DNA from: Amoebophrya sp. A120
Taxonomy: Eukaryota; Protista; Dinoflagellata
Assembly: GCA_905178155.1 (NCBI GenBank)
Contig: CAJINV010000010.1
Location: 1,992,778 to 2,056,777, forward strand
DNA: 64,000 bases
Direction: 5' to 3'
In this document: positions 25,617 to 38,400 of the stretch, in pieces
How the letters are laid out: each line of letters begins with the position of its first letter
How positions within the stretch are numbered: position 1 is the stretch's first letter
The notes under the pieces: generated by a model
Database searches by the model: none
Told to the model about the DNA's origin: nothing
The model's input: the letters and a program-made list of their open reading frames with translations, nothing else
Position numbers and translations under genes: made by a program

Positions 25617-26566
25617 GCAGTTTTGCTCCTTCTGCTCTACTGTCCGCCTATTTAAAATCGTGCGTCAAATTTTCGGCCGGTTGCCCGGCGCAGGGGGGCC
25701 AAACGCGGCGCCCAACAGCTCACACATTTGGGCAGATTTAAACTGTCTATAGTGTGTTTGTGCCCTAGGCACGCCCACAACCCCCGCCCTATCAAGTCAA
25801 ACCACATTGACAATTTCCTGCTTTTTTGGAATCCAAGAAAAAGCTGACTCTTTGGCAAAAAATTCGCCAAAGTGTGAGAATTTCCGAGATTCCGATAATT
25901 TCGGCCAAGTTTGAGAGCTAAACACGGCGGCACTCTTGATGTCACCGAGCTCAAAATCAAGCCCGGTGACACGGAGCACAAGTCGGCTGTCACCGAGACG
26001 ATTTCTGGAGTCACCATCGGCTGTCACAGGTCGCGGTGGCACCAAATTGGCGACTTTTTTGGCTCCGTGTCACCGGCCCGTGTCACCACTCGTGTCACCA
26101 ACCAAAAAAGTTGCCTCGATTCCCCCCCACCCAAGCTTGATATCTGTCCAAATGGCCCGGAAATAGGCTTGGTAGCTGCCACAGTGGACCCCTGAATGCA
26201 CGCGCAGCAGCCTGGAGCCAGCATCTTTGTGACGACTCCAGGCTTCATAACTGCATCCATTGAGGCTGTGGCAGAGGCTTTGCCTCTACATCAAAAGGTC
26301 AGGGCTAGCCGGCCCATCCTCCTCACGACTCTGACTACTTACAGTCAGAGCAGCGACCTCCACTGGCTGAGAAAGGACGGGCGAAAGAAGCATCAACGCA
26401 GGCGCTGAGACCTAGCACAAAGGTCGGCGCTGGGGGGGTGCCAGAAATTCATATTGCTCGGCAGTCACCTAAAAGTCACCGACTGAATTCCTAACGTCCG
26501 TCCAAGCTGTAAGCAGTTTTGCTCCTTCTGCTCTTCTGTCCGCCTATTTGAAATCGTGCGTCAAAT
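25617..26566. mobile_element. 842-bp insert flanked by 54-bp direct repeats (25617-25670 and 26513-26566)
   Basis: DRs differ at 2 positions; interior is rich in GTCAC(C)/GTGAC motifs. Confidence 0.6.
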
Positions 26567-28634
26567 AAAAGCTAAAGCTCAAGATACTAGACATCTCTCC
26601 TGCTAAAAATCTTTTCATTCTCTTTCTCGGTGAGATGACGATGAGTTCTTGTAGTTCTCGATCTGCCAGTAAAAGTGTGTAATTGTAAAAGTTTGTCTGA
26701 CGTCTCTCTGACGTGTAAGTGTTTGAAGTAAAAGTTGACGTGTTATAATTCCATCCCCGTTCTTGTTGAAGCAAGACCTCCATCGTGCTCTGCGATACTA
26801 GCGATGACTTACTCCTGCATAGAAGTGATCACGCTACCATTTTGGATTTCCGCAGTACTTTAGGTTTGCAGCCCGGTACGCGTTGAGGTCAGTCATGGTA
26901 GCGGCTCGGCAATCGCGCAGCGCGATCTCCCGCTTCGCTCTTTCGTCACCCGCCATCTCTACCAGGAGTCGTGTGCGCCTAGTAGTTTAATTTTTTTTTC
27001 CAATTTTAATCATCTTCACGAATCATGATCAAGCGTATGCATGACAAACAGAGAGTCGCTTCTACGCATGTTGCATGACAGCTTTTTAGAAAAGACGAAT
27101 GGCACTACGATATGTACCTTTGTATGAAGGAGTCTGTTTGTGCTGCCTTTTTCATGGCTTGCGCTTCAAACCTCTCCTGTTTCTGCCTGTACGCGGTGTC
27201 GCGGAAATTCCTTGCCGTGGTGTGTCTCCAAGTGTGCATGGAGTTTCGGTTTACGTGAAAGGCGCGGGCTGATATTGATACGATTCATTTTTTTAGCAAT
27301 CTGAGTAATGGCATATCTACTTGTGCACGATAATTAGTTTACCATCAAACAACTGCTCTAGTACCCTCACATACGACAGTACTGCAAGCGCAGATACAAC
27401 AACAACAAAAAAAATGAAGTACTGGCTTCCAACGTGTCTCCGTGGTTATTCACGTGCAGCTTCTCTCTTCTTTCGTTGTTGTTTGACTCGTCTATTTTGT
27501 TTTTCCAGAACGTTTTCAGCCTAAAATCCCTCACGGTTTCTTTTCGCTGCACCTTCTGCGACTGCAATTTCTGGTTGTCCTGTGCCGAGACTCCGGTGCA
27601 ATTCATGCCCGACAGCCATTTCGAAGTGTTCAGATTCGCCATCTTGTGGCTTGATGTAGTTCTTCCTGCGTAGGGAGATGATTCGAAAGTAGCAGTTGTT
27701 GCAGGAGGACTCGAAAAAACTACTACATCTACTACCTAGTACCAGAACATGCGCTCTAAACTACACCTACACCTCCAAGGTTATGGCCTCACATTGCTCT
27801 ACAACGAAATTCAAATTCGTATATATGAAACTCACAACACATAAAGAGCCATGATACCGAACGAAATTTATATTGAGGAAGCAACATCATTGTTCAACGG
27901 AAAGACGGGTACAACGAGAAAATTATCTTTTTCATCCGCCGACGATAACAACGTACAAGACTCGTTTGCATTTCAGGTGGTAGAGACGAAATAAAATAAC
28001 GACCCTTGTTCAGAATTGTGCTCCTGATGACCCTGCTGCTCGACGCACAAAAGACATTAAATTGCTCAGCACGACCCTGCTCATGACCTCACTCATAATC
28101 ATAAAAGTTCACGGAAGACGATGATGCAAAAGGGGAAACCACATTTGTGGTGGTGGTCGCGAACATCGCAACTTCAACGACGATGTTGCGCGAACTTTCG
28201 TAAGACCACGACGGAGCTCATGTGTTACGCTCCTGTGGTGCTCGCAGCTGCGACCTCTACTGTTGTCAAATACGCATCCTTGCAGCTTCAGCTGGCAATT
28301 CTTCAGCACCCGCAAGCCTGATGTAAGCTCCTAACTATGATCTTCATCTCGACGCTTTTTACAAAGAACTCTTCAGTCAGTCACTCCAAATCAAGTAGTT
28401 TTGCCTGTTTGCCTGGACGTGTAGCAAGAAGTTCTTTCGTTCGAAGGACTTCCACTTCTTCATCTGGGATTACATCATCTTCTAACCACTCACTCGCTCC
28501 TCCTGCTGTAGTCTGTCGGAACCACTATGAAGATCTCGTCCTTGTACAGCGTCCTCGTCCTTGAACTTGACGGAAGCAGATTCGCGTGATGGTGATCTCC
28601 GTGGAAGTACTTCTAGTACCCACCACCTGTTCAT

Positions 28635-31600
28635 CTACAGCTCCGAATACACGTCCCTCCTCGCCGGCGGTTTCGGTGGCGGCGCAACTACAGAAGCCCC
28701 ACCTGCTTGTTCCGAAGTTGTTGCACTACTAGCACCACCTACATGTTGTTGTCCTTGCTCAAGGACCTGCTGCTGGTGGTGCGTCGTGCTCGCGTGTGCT
28801 GTACTACTACTAACCGACACGGTGTCACTATCCAGAAAAAAAACAAAAAGTGTGCAAGTGTGACTTTCTTTAAGGAACAGCATCACAAATTTAGTCTACA
28901 TGACAGAGAAGACCTGTCATGCGTGGCTTGTAAGGCAAAACACACATGAAAAGAGGGCTTCATGGCTGTCTGGCATGATAGGCGTAACTCTGTTGCATGT
29001 TCTGCAACACAAATTTAGACTATATTACACAGTTTTTTTCTTGCGTAGTCATGATGCATGTGGACCACATTCTCCTCCCCACCGGCCGCTTCATATGCAA
29101 TACAAATCTCCCCTACATGCATAAAATGCATGATAGATTTCGCTACCTTGGAGAAGTGTCTAACTTGTCATGCGGACTAGAATTGAAGGCAAGTGCTGTC
29201 ATGCAGAGACAGCATTCGACGTACGTGTACGGGAGGTTTGCTGTGGATACCTCGACCGCCTGTTTCACGGCGTCTCGGTGCTGCTCCGCGTGGTTTTTGT
29301 AGTGCTGTTGCAGATGCGCCTTGTGAATGGCGTCGTGGACCTATGGGAGTGCAGGAGACTCCCGCTCCCCCTCATTTGTATAGCAGGAGCAGCAACAGAA
29401 GGAAGGCCACGAATGTAGCTTTTGCATGACAAATCCGGACATGAATTGCAGTCCTGATTGGACGTCCAAAACTTGTCATGCGCGCAGTGCTTATGCTTAA
29501 GGGCAAGAGCTGGGCTCGGTATTTCGCATTACAAATGGGGGGAGGGGTGAAGTTGTGCACTCGCCTAAGACCGCGTGTTGGTGACTTTCCTCGTCGTGAT
29601 GGTGGTGATGATGATTTTGGTGAGCCGCAGAGGCCGCAGCGAGTTCGTGATGATGATCATGATGATTGTCATGCCCATGTCCATGATGATCGTGCCCATG
29701 ATCATGTCCCCCATGCGCCGCAGACTCCTCCAACACTCCGACCTGGTAAACCAGAAACAACGCGAAGAAGGACACAATCCCGCAATACAGCATGGCAAGC
29801 TTCCGGCTGGAGTTTACCGTGGAGGATTATGCATTGCAAAAGTATCGCACTCGTATAAAAAATGCATTAAATAAATTTCCTCAGCATGAGACATCAAATT
29901 TGTCATACGGATTTACCTTGGGAAAAAAGTTTGTAATGCATGACTGCAATTACTACGAGTACGATACTTTTGCACAGGATAAGGATTTGGTGTGGACAAA
30001 AATCGATTTTTTCACCTGCGGGAAGATCATGTAGAAGGACAAAGACAAAAACGAGCCCGCGGTGACGGCGACAAGGGTTTTCTTCACCGTCTTCATCTGC
30101 TCCAGTTGCAGCACGGTGGTCGATATCCTGTGCAAAAGTGCCGTACAGTCATGCATTACAAGTTTTTTCCTCAAGGTAAATCCGCATTACAAATTTCATT
30201 TCTCACCCTGAGGAAATTTGTAATGCATTTAAACGAGTACGATACTTTTGCAGTTCATAGTCGACAAGAAAATCCCCACGAGCGTGGATAAACTGACCAA
30301 AAAGTTCCAAAACAGCAGCTTCTTCGTCGGGAAGCCGGCGAGGCGGAGCACCATGAAATCGCCCAGTTCCTGCGGAATTTCGTGCAGGACGATCGCGAGC
30401 GTGGTATTGAAGCCAGAAAGTTTGTTCCCGGTGGTGAAAGCGACGCCGATGGCCAGGCCGTCGACAAAGTTGTGGACGATTTCCACGATGAGGTTTGCTA
30501 ACCCGAACGACTTGATCTTTGGTTGATTGTGGAGTTGTTGTAGGGTTGCTGTGGTTTTGCTCGTAGTTGTGCTGCCCTTTGCCTGTTTCATCTTCGTCTT
30601 GTCGCTAGAAGCCGAACGCATCTTGTGTTGATCAGTTGGGGATCCATCATTGCCTCCTCGGCCTCCTCGTGCAGTGGACGTTGTCCTTGGGCTCGCGTCG
30701 CCGTAGTGAAGATGGTCTTCATCTCGTGCTGAATGTGACTCGTGAAGATGTCCTGTCAATTCTTCATCGTGATCGTGATCAACCAAGCCGTCCAACTATG
30801 CATTGCAAACATGTCTGGGTCTGGAAACCTGTGACGCAAGGAAGGGAATAGTGAGCACACACACACACTGTGATGCGCGCTCCCCAGCATGACAAGTTTT
30901 TCGCTGCTTCTGAGTTGCGTACTCCGCATGAGAATCCGCGTTTTTTACATGACAGACAAGCGGACCTCTTCGCGGGCACGCAATACAGAATTTAGAGTCG
31001 TGCCAGACTAGCATGACAAGTCTCAGAATCTTCCAGACCCAGACATATTTGCGTGTGATACCAACAGCAAAAGCGCAATTCCCCCAATGGCCGCCATTAA
31101 ACCGTAGTACATCACACCGCCGCAGCAATCTCCTCCTGCGCCGTGATCGTGATGGTCATCATGTTTGTGATCATGCATATCACCGCCCGAAGATGAACTT
31201 CCAGCGGGCTCGTGCGAATGCGCACCGTAACACTCCGGCAACAGATGCATCAACGCGTCCCCAGCGAGTGCAGAGCCCGCAAAGGAGAGTGACAGATACT
31301 CGACCGGCCCCTTGATGCTGTCGATGTTCAGCAGCCCGATGGTGACGACGCCGACGAAGGACATGAGAGAAACGCAAATCCCGGAGACGTGTCAAATGTA
31401 AAAATGTCTGGGTCTGGAAGGTTGCCAGGTTTGTCATGCATATTTTCCATGACTCAGAATGTCTGTAATGCATGATCTGGCGTCACATATTTTTAGAGGC
31501 CTTCCTGATGCCTATCCCGCATGACAAACGCCCTCCCCGCGTAGCACACACTGGGCTCCTATTGCTGGTCATGCAATACAGATTTTTTTAGAGTCCAAAG

Positions 31601-31883
31601 TTAGCATCACAAGTTCCACCCTTCCAGACCCAGACACTTTTACATTTGATAAGACGTAGGCGGCGGCGATCGGGTCGACCGTGGTGGTGGAGGGGCCCAA
31701 GAAGGGGGAAAGGATGACGTTGAAAAACGCCTCCACAAAATCGTGGAAGCACCACCCGCCGCAGGGTTGCGGTTCTTTCAGGGAGGGGGGTGCGGGCTGC
31801 TGCAGAGTTACGACTCCTTCCTGGTGCGGTCCGAGCCAGTGGGTTATGGCTGAAACCGAGTCGGACAGAAGGGAGAGGACCAT
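28635..31883 (-). CDS. ZIP (SLC39, LIV-1/ZIP7-like) zinc transporter, 8 exons
   Basis: SFAGSALAGDALMHLLPE, VHNFVDGLAIG, LHEIPQELGDFMVL, AVTAGSFL; His-rich loops; 7 TIR introns; tail spliced in frame to ...DVYSEL*. Confidence 0.9.
28829..29047. mobile_element. TIR introner family H-like
   Basis: DR GTCAC/GTCAT; frame restored. Confidence 0.75.
29094..29249. mobile_element. TIR introner family L
   Basis: DR CTTCA/CCTCG; frame restored. Confidence 0.75.
29342..29567. mobile_element. TIR introner family D
   Basis: DR GGACC/AGACC. Confidence 0.8.
29828..29981. mobile_element. TIR introner family B
   Basis: DR AGGAT. Confidence 0.9.
30124..30259. mobile_element. TIR introner family B
   Basis: DR GTCGA. 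Confidence 0.9.
30797..31060. mobile_element. TIR introner family A
   Basis: DR CCAAC. Confidence 0.9.
31390..31651. mobile_element. TIR introner family A
   Basis: DR AGACG. Confidence 0.9.
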
Positions 31884-32418
31884 GTTTTGTTCTCGTAGAC
31901 AATTTCTCGATTCTAGTTTAATGCGAGACGACGATTCAGGTTGTCGTGCACGTGTTTCGAAGATGCAAAGTAGTGGTTTTACACGCATCTAAGTGTGAGT
32001 GACCATGCGATCTTCAAGAAAATCGAATCCTACAGACGAGGGTCAAAGTGATCATTGCGTCGGAACTTCTGAGCAGGCACGAGGAGCGTAGTGCGGCCCA
32101 TCGCGAAAATCCTTTGATCTTCATCATGTAGGAGCGCAAGTGCAAGAAGCAGAGCTGGCACGACCTACAGTCGATTCTTGGAGGTGGAGGCAAACTGGTC
32201 AATCTTTCTTCATTCAACACGACGCAGATGAACAATCAAGCACGTGCTTTTGCCTCTGCCCGCTGTGTTAAACAGCAACAGCGATGTGGTCACACCTTTC
32301 ACGTATTTCCGTTCATTGTAGTGTCGCCTTACCCTTAACGAGGTCGCTCCATTACCAGTTCACAAAATCAAACTGGAAAACTCCATTCTGTCATTGACAT
32401 TTCACTTCGTCGCTAGAT

Positions 32419-35400
32419 CTAGAAATACATTCGCTTTTCATGATCTTGCTCTTCTTTCGTGACGTTGCAGTAGTTCCAATTGGAAATATCTACTGACCCA
32501 CCTCCCTGAACCTGGCCCACGTAGAAAACCTTCCCCTTCGCCATTGCCGCTAGGGGAACTGCGACTTCCAAGTTCGAAAGATTCGCTATTTGCTCCATAT
32601 CATCTTGGACTTGGCTTTCTTCCGCAGCAGCTGTGTCGACGACGACGTCCCCACCGACCAGCAAAATAACGTCCGGCCGGTACGCCGCATTTTCGTAGAT
32701 GGCTTTCGCGCACTTGGCGAAGTCAACCAAGCTCATTTTCGAGTACACCACACCACTCAACGGGTCGCCAGCAGCGGCGAGGAGCTCTAGCTATCGCAAG
32801 AAGAAACTGTTTCACTGTGTCTGTGAACTTGTGATGCATAGAATGGAACACAGAATTACTTGTCTTGCTACACCTGCAAGGCATTGGATTTTTAAGCGTG
32901 TATTCCCTTGGAAAGCGCGCATGGCAAATTTTCTGCGTCATGTGTAGCAAACTTGTGATGCGGATCTTGCAAAACCATCACAGTGAAACAGTTTTTTCGT
33001 GGGATACTAGCGGTTGAGCTTCCACTCCTTCTTCGTTTTCATCATCTCGTTCCGCGGTTCTGAAATCGTAATCGACGAATTTCTGCTCCTCCTGAAATGT
33101 TTTCTTCAGAAAAGATGTCATGGGAGAAGTTTTGTTCTTGTTCATTTTTCCTGTCGGAGCTGCAGCCTTCTTCGGTCTTGAAGTAGAATCAAAATTTTCC
33201 AAATCGACATCAATTTCGCCACCCGCAGCAGAAATTTCGTTCTGCAATTCCCCAATCTCCTGTAACAATCTCGGAGCTTCTGTTTCGTACCTCCGTTCCA
33301 GCAAACACTGCACGAAGCAGAATTTCTGCTCCGCGGAGCGGAAGTCAACCAGGGAGCGGAGATGGTATCTGTATTCGTCTTTCACCGATTGCGGAATCTG
33401 TGTCGTGATGTGTGGGTGGTACGTGATGTGTTGAAATTTTGTGCTCGTCACTTGTGATGTACCACCAGTTTCTTGGCGGGTAGCGGAGGCGGCTCCTGCA
33501 CAGCGGTCGTCGAGGTTCTTGTTCCGCTGCGAAAAAAATGGAAGAAAGACGGCTTCGCTGTCAACGAGAAACCTGTGCAGCGATTGGAGCTTTTCGACAC
33601 CAAGAGGAGCTTGACATGCTCGTCGACGCATCAACAATGCTTGTTTTGAGAAGAATGATCCACCCCCAGGAGAATTTTTCTTAACCCCGAAAGACCCTTC
33701 TGCGTCGCGCTGCTCCTCCGCGTGACGACCTCGTGCCCAAGAAGAACAGCCGCGTGTTGATGCAGAAGAAGATGTTCCGGTTCCGCCCACTACCTTCAAG
33801 CTTTCCCACAATTCCCGGTCGTGTAGCTCCTTCAGTTTGGTAACCAAGCTGTCGAAATCCGTGCTTTTCGCCAACTTTTCCCGACACCTGTCCCACTCTT
33901 CCTGCTCTGGTAGCCAGTTGGCCAAACACTTTGTGAGGTAGGCAGAGTTCTTCTTCTCTTCATCGTCCACGTCCTCACTACATGAGGTTGAGCGATTCTT
34001 GTTGCTACGATCTTCACGACACGCATGATCTTCATCACTTTCATTTCTCTTCATGTTCAAACCCGGAAAGCTGCTTCTCAGCACTCGCTGAGGGCAATAC
34101 CGCAAAAACGCTTCAGCATCGAATTCGCCAGTTACCAGGGCACGAAATTGAACCAGTTTTTGTCGAAGTTGTGTGAGTCTGACGTTGGTGGCGTTCGTCT
34201 TTGAGGTAGATGATGTTGTGCGGGGTCGTCGTGTTTTCTTTACACCTGGACCTGCTGAAAAGTAGTTGTGATCTGGCTCCAGAGCCTCAACCTGCTTCTC
34301 CGGTAGAGAAAAAACGCTGTGTCCCTCTGCGTACAGGATCAGAAATTTTCGGACAGAAGAGATGGCAGCCGGACTGGCGATGGCGGATTCGCCATCGCCT
34401 GCGGTCGGTGATGCTGCTGAAGTCTCGTGTTTCAGCACTTTGCGAATCAGGACCTCCGGTCCTTTCAGGCGGTCGGAATTTTCAAAAGCAATCCGCGGAA
34501 GTCGAAACTTGTGGCCCGCTCGATCAACATCGCGTACTACTCCGCCGCAAGCCGTCTCCAGAAAGGAGGAACAACTGAACTCTGATTTACTGGAAGATAT
34601 TGGAGCAGCAGCTCTTCCTGTCGTTCCTGCAGTATTGGTCGTGGTTTCTTTGGTAGCCGCTGCTCTCTCCGCAATCTCTTGGTCAAGCAGGTAAGCTTTC
34701 AAAAAATCGGCGAGGCCACGGAACTATCCTGCTGGAAAGAGTTATCATCTCCTCGGAATGCCAGATTATTTTTTCGCACGCCTCAGCACGGCTAAGCTTC
34801 TCTTCCTCGTGCATTCTTTTTCTTTGTGCGGAGTCGGTCACAACCACAAGCATGATCGTCATGCAGCTCTTAACATGCAAAGGATGAAGATCACAACTTG
34901 ATGACTCACGTGCTTAAACTAGGCAAGGAGATGCACTACAACATCCTCCGCAGGATAGATTCATCTCTCGCTCCAGCTCCGAAAATCCGGTGGAATCGAG
35001 TCGGATGGGAAAATTAGTCCCAGCGGTGTCCTCTGAAGATGAATTCTCAACATTATCAACAGAGCCGCTCTTCCTTCCGCTTGTTTTTGGAGGTGCGAAC
35101 ACTCGATTTTGGTTCTGCGAGGAAGAGGAGAAGCCACTATTTTGTTCCGCCGTCATCAGAGCCTGCACTGTCTGCTCCCACGTGGCCAAACAAGATCTTG
35201 TTGCGTGGCGAAACTGACCTGCATCCTGGTCCCAACAACCGGCTCCGGCTGCCGCGCTCGACGGCAGCACTTGTGCGATGACAAACACGCGCGAAGAGGA
35301 CGAGGAAGTTTGTTCTGCAGCACAAGAGTCGGGATTTTGTACCTGGTCCCCGCGGTGGTTCCAGTCAAACGTATGGGTCGTACTATCCCCACCAGACGGG

Positions 35401-38400
35401 TAAGAGCGCTGAGGTTGTGAATAAACGCCCGCAGTTGCACCATGGACATCAGCATTCTCCAGATGATCACAACAATGATGTCGACCCGGGTGCATCAGAG
35501 GATCATAGTACTCATCGTCCGCTGCACAATTCTCTTCGGCTGCAGACGATGAGGAAAATAAGTCTTCCTTTTCTTCCTCGTCACTGGACGACGTTGTTGT
35601 AGACGATTGATCTTCCATATCTGCAGAGGATGATGAGCTAGCGGAGGAGGGCAAAGAAGAGCCGTCGTCGTCGTCGTCGCCGCCGAAAAGGTCTCTGCGC
35701 TGCTCCTTGCTGTCGTCCGCTACATCGCTGTGAGAGTCGTAACTGCTACAGCTGCAGGATGACGAGGATCCACGACCTGCAGGTCTCTTGTAGTTCTTTA
35801 CCTGGTTATATGCATTGCAAAAGCATCGTACTAGTATAAATCGCAATACAAGTTTTTCCAGAAGGAAAAATGGAATTTGTAATGCTGATTTCGCTAAGAA
35901 ACAAGATTTGTCATGCATGATTGCAATTAGTACGAGTACGATACTTTTGCACAGGATAGGTTCCTAACGTACCTGTCATCCTCGGAAGAAACGGAGACAT
36001 CGTCTAAGCAGTCATCAACACCGTCGTCATCATCTCCGTCGCTGTTCTCCTTCCGAGAAATACGGTTTATCTGGGGCATATCACCTCCACCACTTTGACG
36101 TCTCCTTTCTACTTTATCAACAATTTTCGATCCTTCGTCCACCCCCCGTACTTCGTTCTTTCGCAGCCTGTTCTTCGTCTCCCGTGCTTTCTGCGCTTTC
36201 TTCCCGCCACGGCGCCCTCTTGTAGTTTTGGTCGAACCAGCTGCTTGTGGTCCACCTGCTGGTGGTCCACGCCCTCCTCGCTGTGCTTGTGCGTCACTAT
36301 TTGTTTTCTGGTAGTTTCTGTTACCCTCTTCGTCTGCTTCCGACGCTCCGCTCACTCGCTTGTCGTGTGTCCCACCATCATCATCCGCTGGTTCCTCGAC
36401 GTCCTTTCGCTTTCTTCTACACGCCTTCTCGAGGTCCTCAAAAAGCTCCAGTTTTTTTTCCCGTTTTACTTCCCTTTCCCGCGCTCGAGCCCCTCTCCGC
36501 CGTGTTCGCCCACTTTTCGTCCGGCGAGGCCGATTTTTGCTGTTGCGCTGCCGTTTCTTGGAGGAAGAGCCGGAATTCCTGTTATCATCCCGATCCCCAT
36601 TTTTGTTTCGTCGAGAAGAAAAGTCCTTACCACCTTGACAGTTGTTTTTACCCTGCTGAACAGCTGCAACCCCGACAGGGTGAGCTCCACCTGACATCAT
36701 AGTCGTGCTGAACGCGTTGTAAAACAAGTGCTGCTCCTGCCCTCCTGCAGCAATAGCAGCGTAGAAGGGATCTTCGCCAGCAGCTCCTGCGTCCGGTGTC
36801 GTATGCGAGATCGGGGGATAAGGTGGAAAGGCACCTGTTGGGTAAGGAAACGCCGGGTAGTGGTGATGGTGGAGAGCAGCTGCTGCAGTATTGCCGTTGT
36901 GGTCTGGGTGCGGCAAAAGTTGGCCGCCGTTGTGGAGATGCTGGTGCTGGTGCATCGCGTGCATGAAATGCACATAGGAGTTGTAGTCGTAAACTGGATG
37001 CTCTTGAAGATGTGGGTGATATTGCGGCGGGTAAGCTGGAGGAGAATAAGCAGCATCAAACCCCAAAGGCCCTCCATGATGCGACCAAGCGGCATCATGT
37101 TCATGCCGCAGCTCCGGGGAACGTGGTGCAAAAGCAAAATCTTGTTCTGCGGCGTGTCTCTGATTCTCGGTTCTCGTTCTTTTTTCCTGGTCACGACGCG
37201 GGGCTTCAGAACAAGCGTCCACTGGAGGTCGAGGTGGAGCCGTTCCAGTGACAGCCTCCTCTGCAGGTAGTTCCTCTGCATCGGCGCGGCGGTATTCCGG
37301 CCGATTCATCAGAGAAACAACCTCACCCGTAGCCTCCGGCTCCTGCACGAGAGTCATAATTCCCTCAGGCGGTGGTAGTCCAGGCGGCGGGCGGTATGAT
37401 GAGGATGGTTTCGTTTGCGTAGTCTTTGCCGCGACTGCGCACGTACTAGAAGAAGGTCCTATTGCCAAACTCTTGTCGTGCTGCCCAACAACAGGCGCAG
37501 CTGTCAAACCGGTGTATGTTTGTTGCGAAAGTGCCAGACCTTGTTCACCAGTAGCCTTTTCGTAGTTCTGCTGATCGCGGAAAAAGAAGTCCACCGGGCA
37601 GCACAACTCACTGTCAAAATCATTCATCGCCGCCCGGCGTATGGCGTCGTACTCCAGAAAACTGTCTGTGAGGTGAGGATTTATTGCATCTTGTGGATGC
37701 GGTGCCGAAGCGACCTTTGAAGTAGATGTTGCGTCAGCACAGCAAACACTTCTACTTGGAACAACAGCTTCATCCGCCCCAGCGTCGATCAAAGTAGCCG
37801 AAGACGATTCATCTCTGGGAAGTAAGGTATCAGCACGGCCGTGGGACGAGGACAATCTTTCTCGAACTACATCTACATCGTCTTCGTAAGCAGGCCCATG
37901 AAATGGAAGCTCCACTTGCACCACCGGACGAGTATGGGGAGATCTACTTCCCGGCATCAAAGCGGTGTTTCTGTGCTCTTCGTCCCGGAGATCTTGATCT
38001 TCCTCTTCTTCAACGCAGCCTTCATCGGGTTCGGGGGGCACTATCATGTTCTTACTAGCTCGAGTGGCGCCACACGACCCAACATCCTGTTGTGCCGGGA
38101 GCTCCACCTCCACGGACGGCGACAGCTCCGGCTGGAAAAATTGTCCACATACATCCTGATCCTCCTGCAACAGAACCTCCAACCTTTCCGAAGTGGACGG
38201 CGTGCCTGCCGCGGGAAAGTTTTTGGACGCGACCTGCAGAAGCTCCTGGTGTAAGGAGTGAAGGAGAAGTTGCTTGCGCTCCTCTAGGGGATTGACGGTT
38301 GGTGTGGCGGGCGACGAGACTGCTAGCACTGTATCTGTCTGTGCAAACAAGCCAGTCTGCACCATTTGGGACGACGAGGTTTGATTGCCTAGCATCCTGT

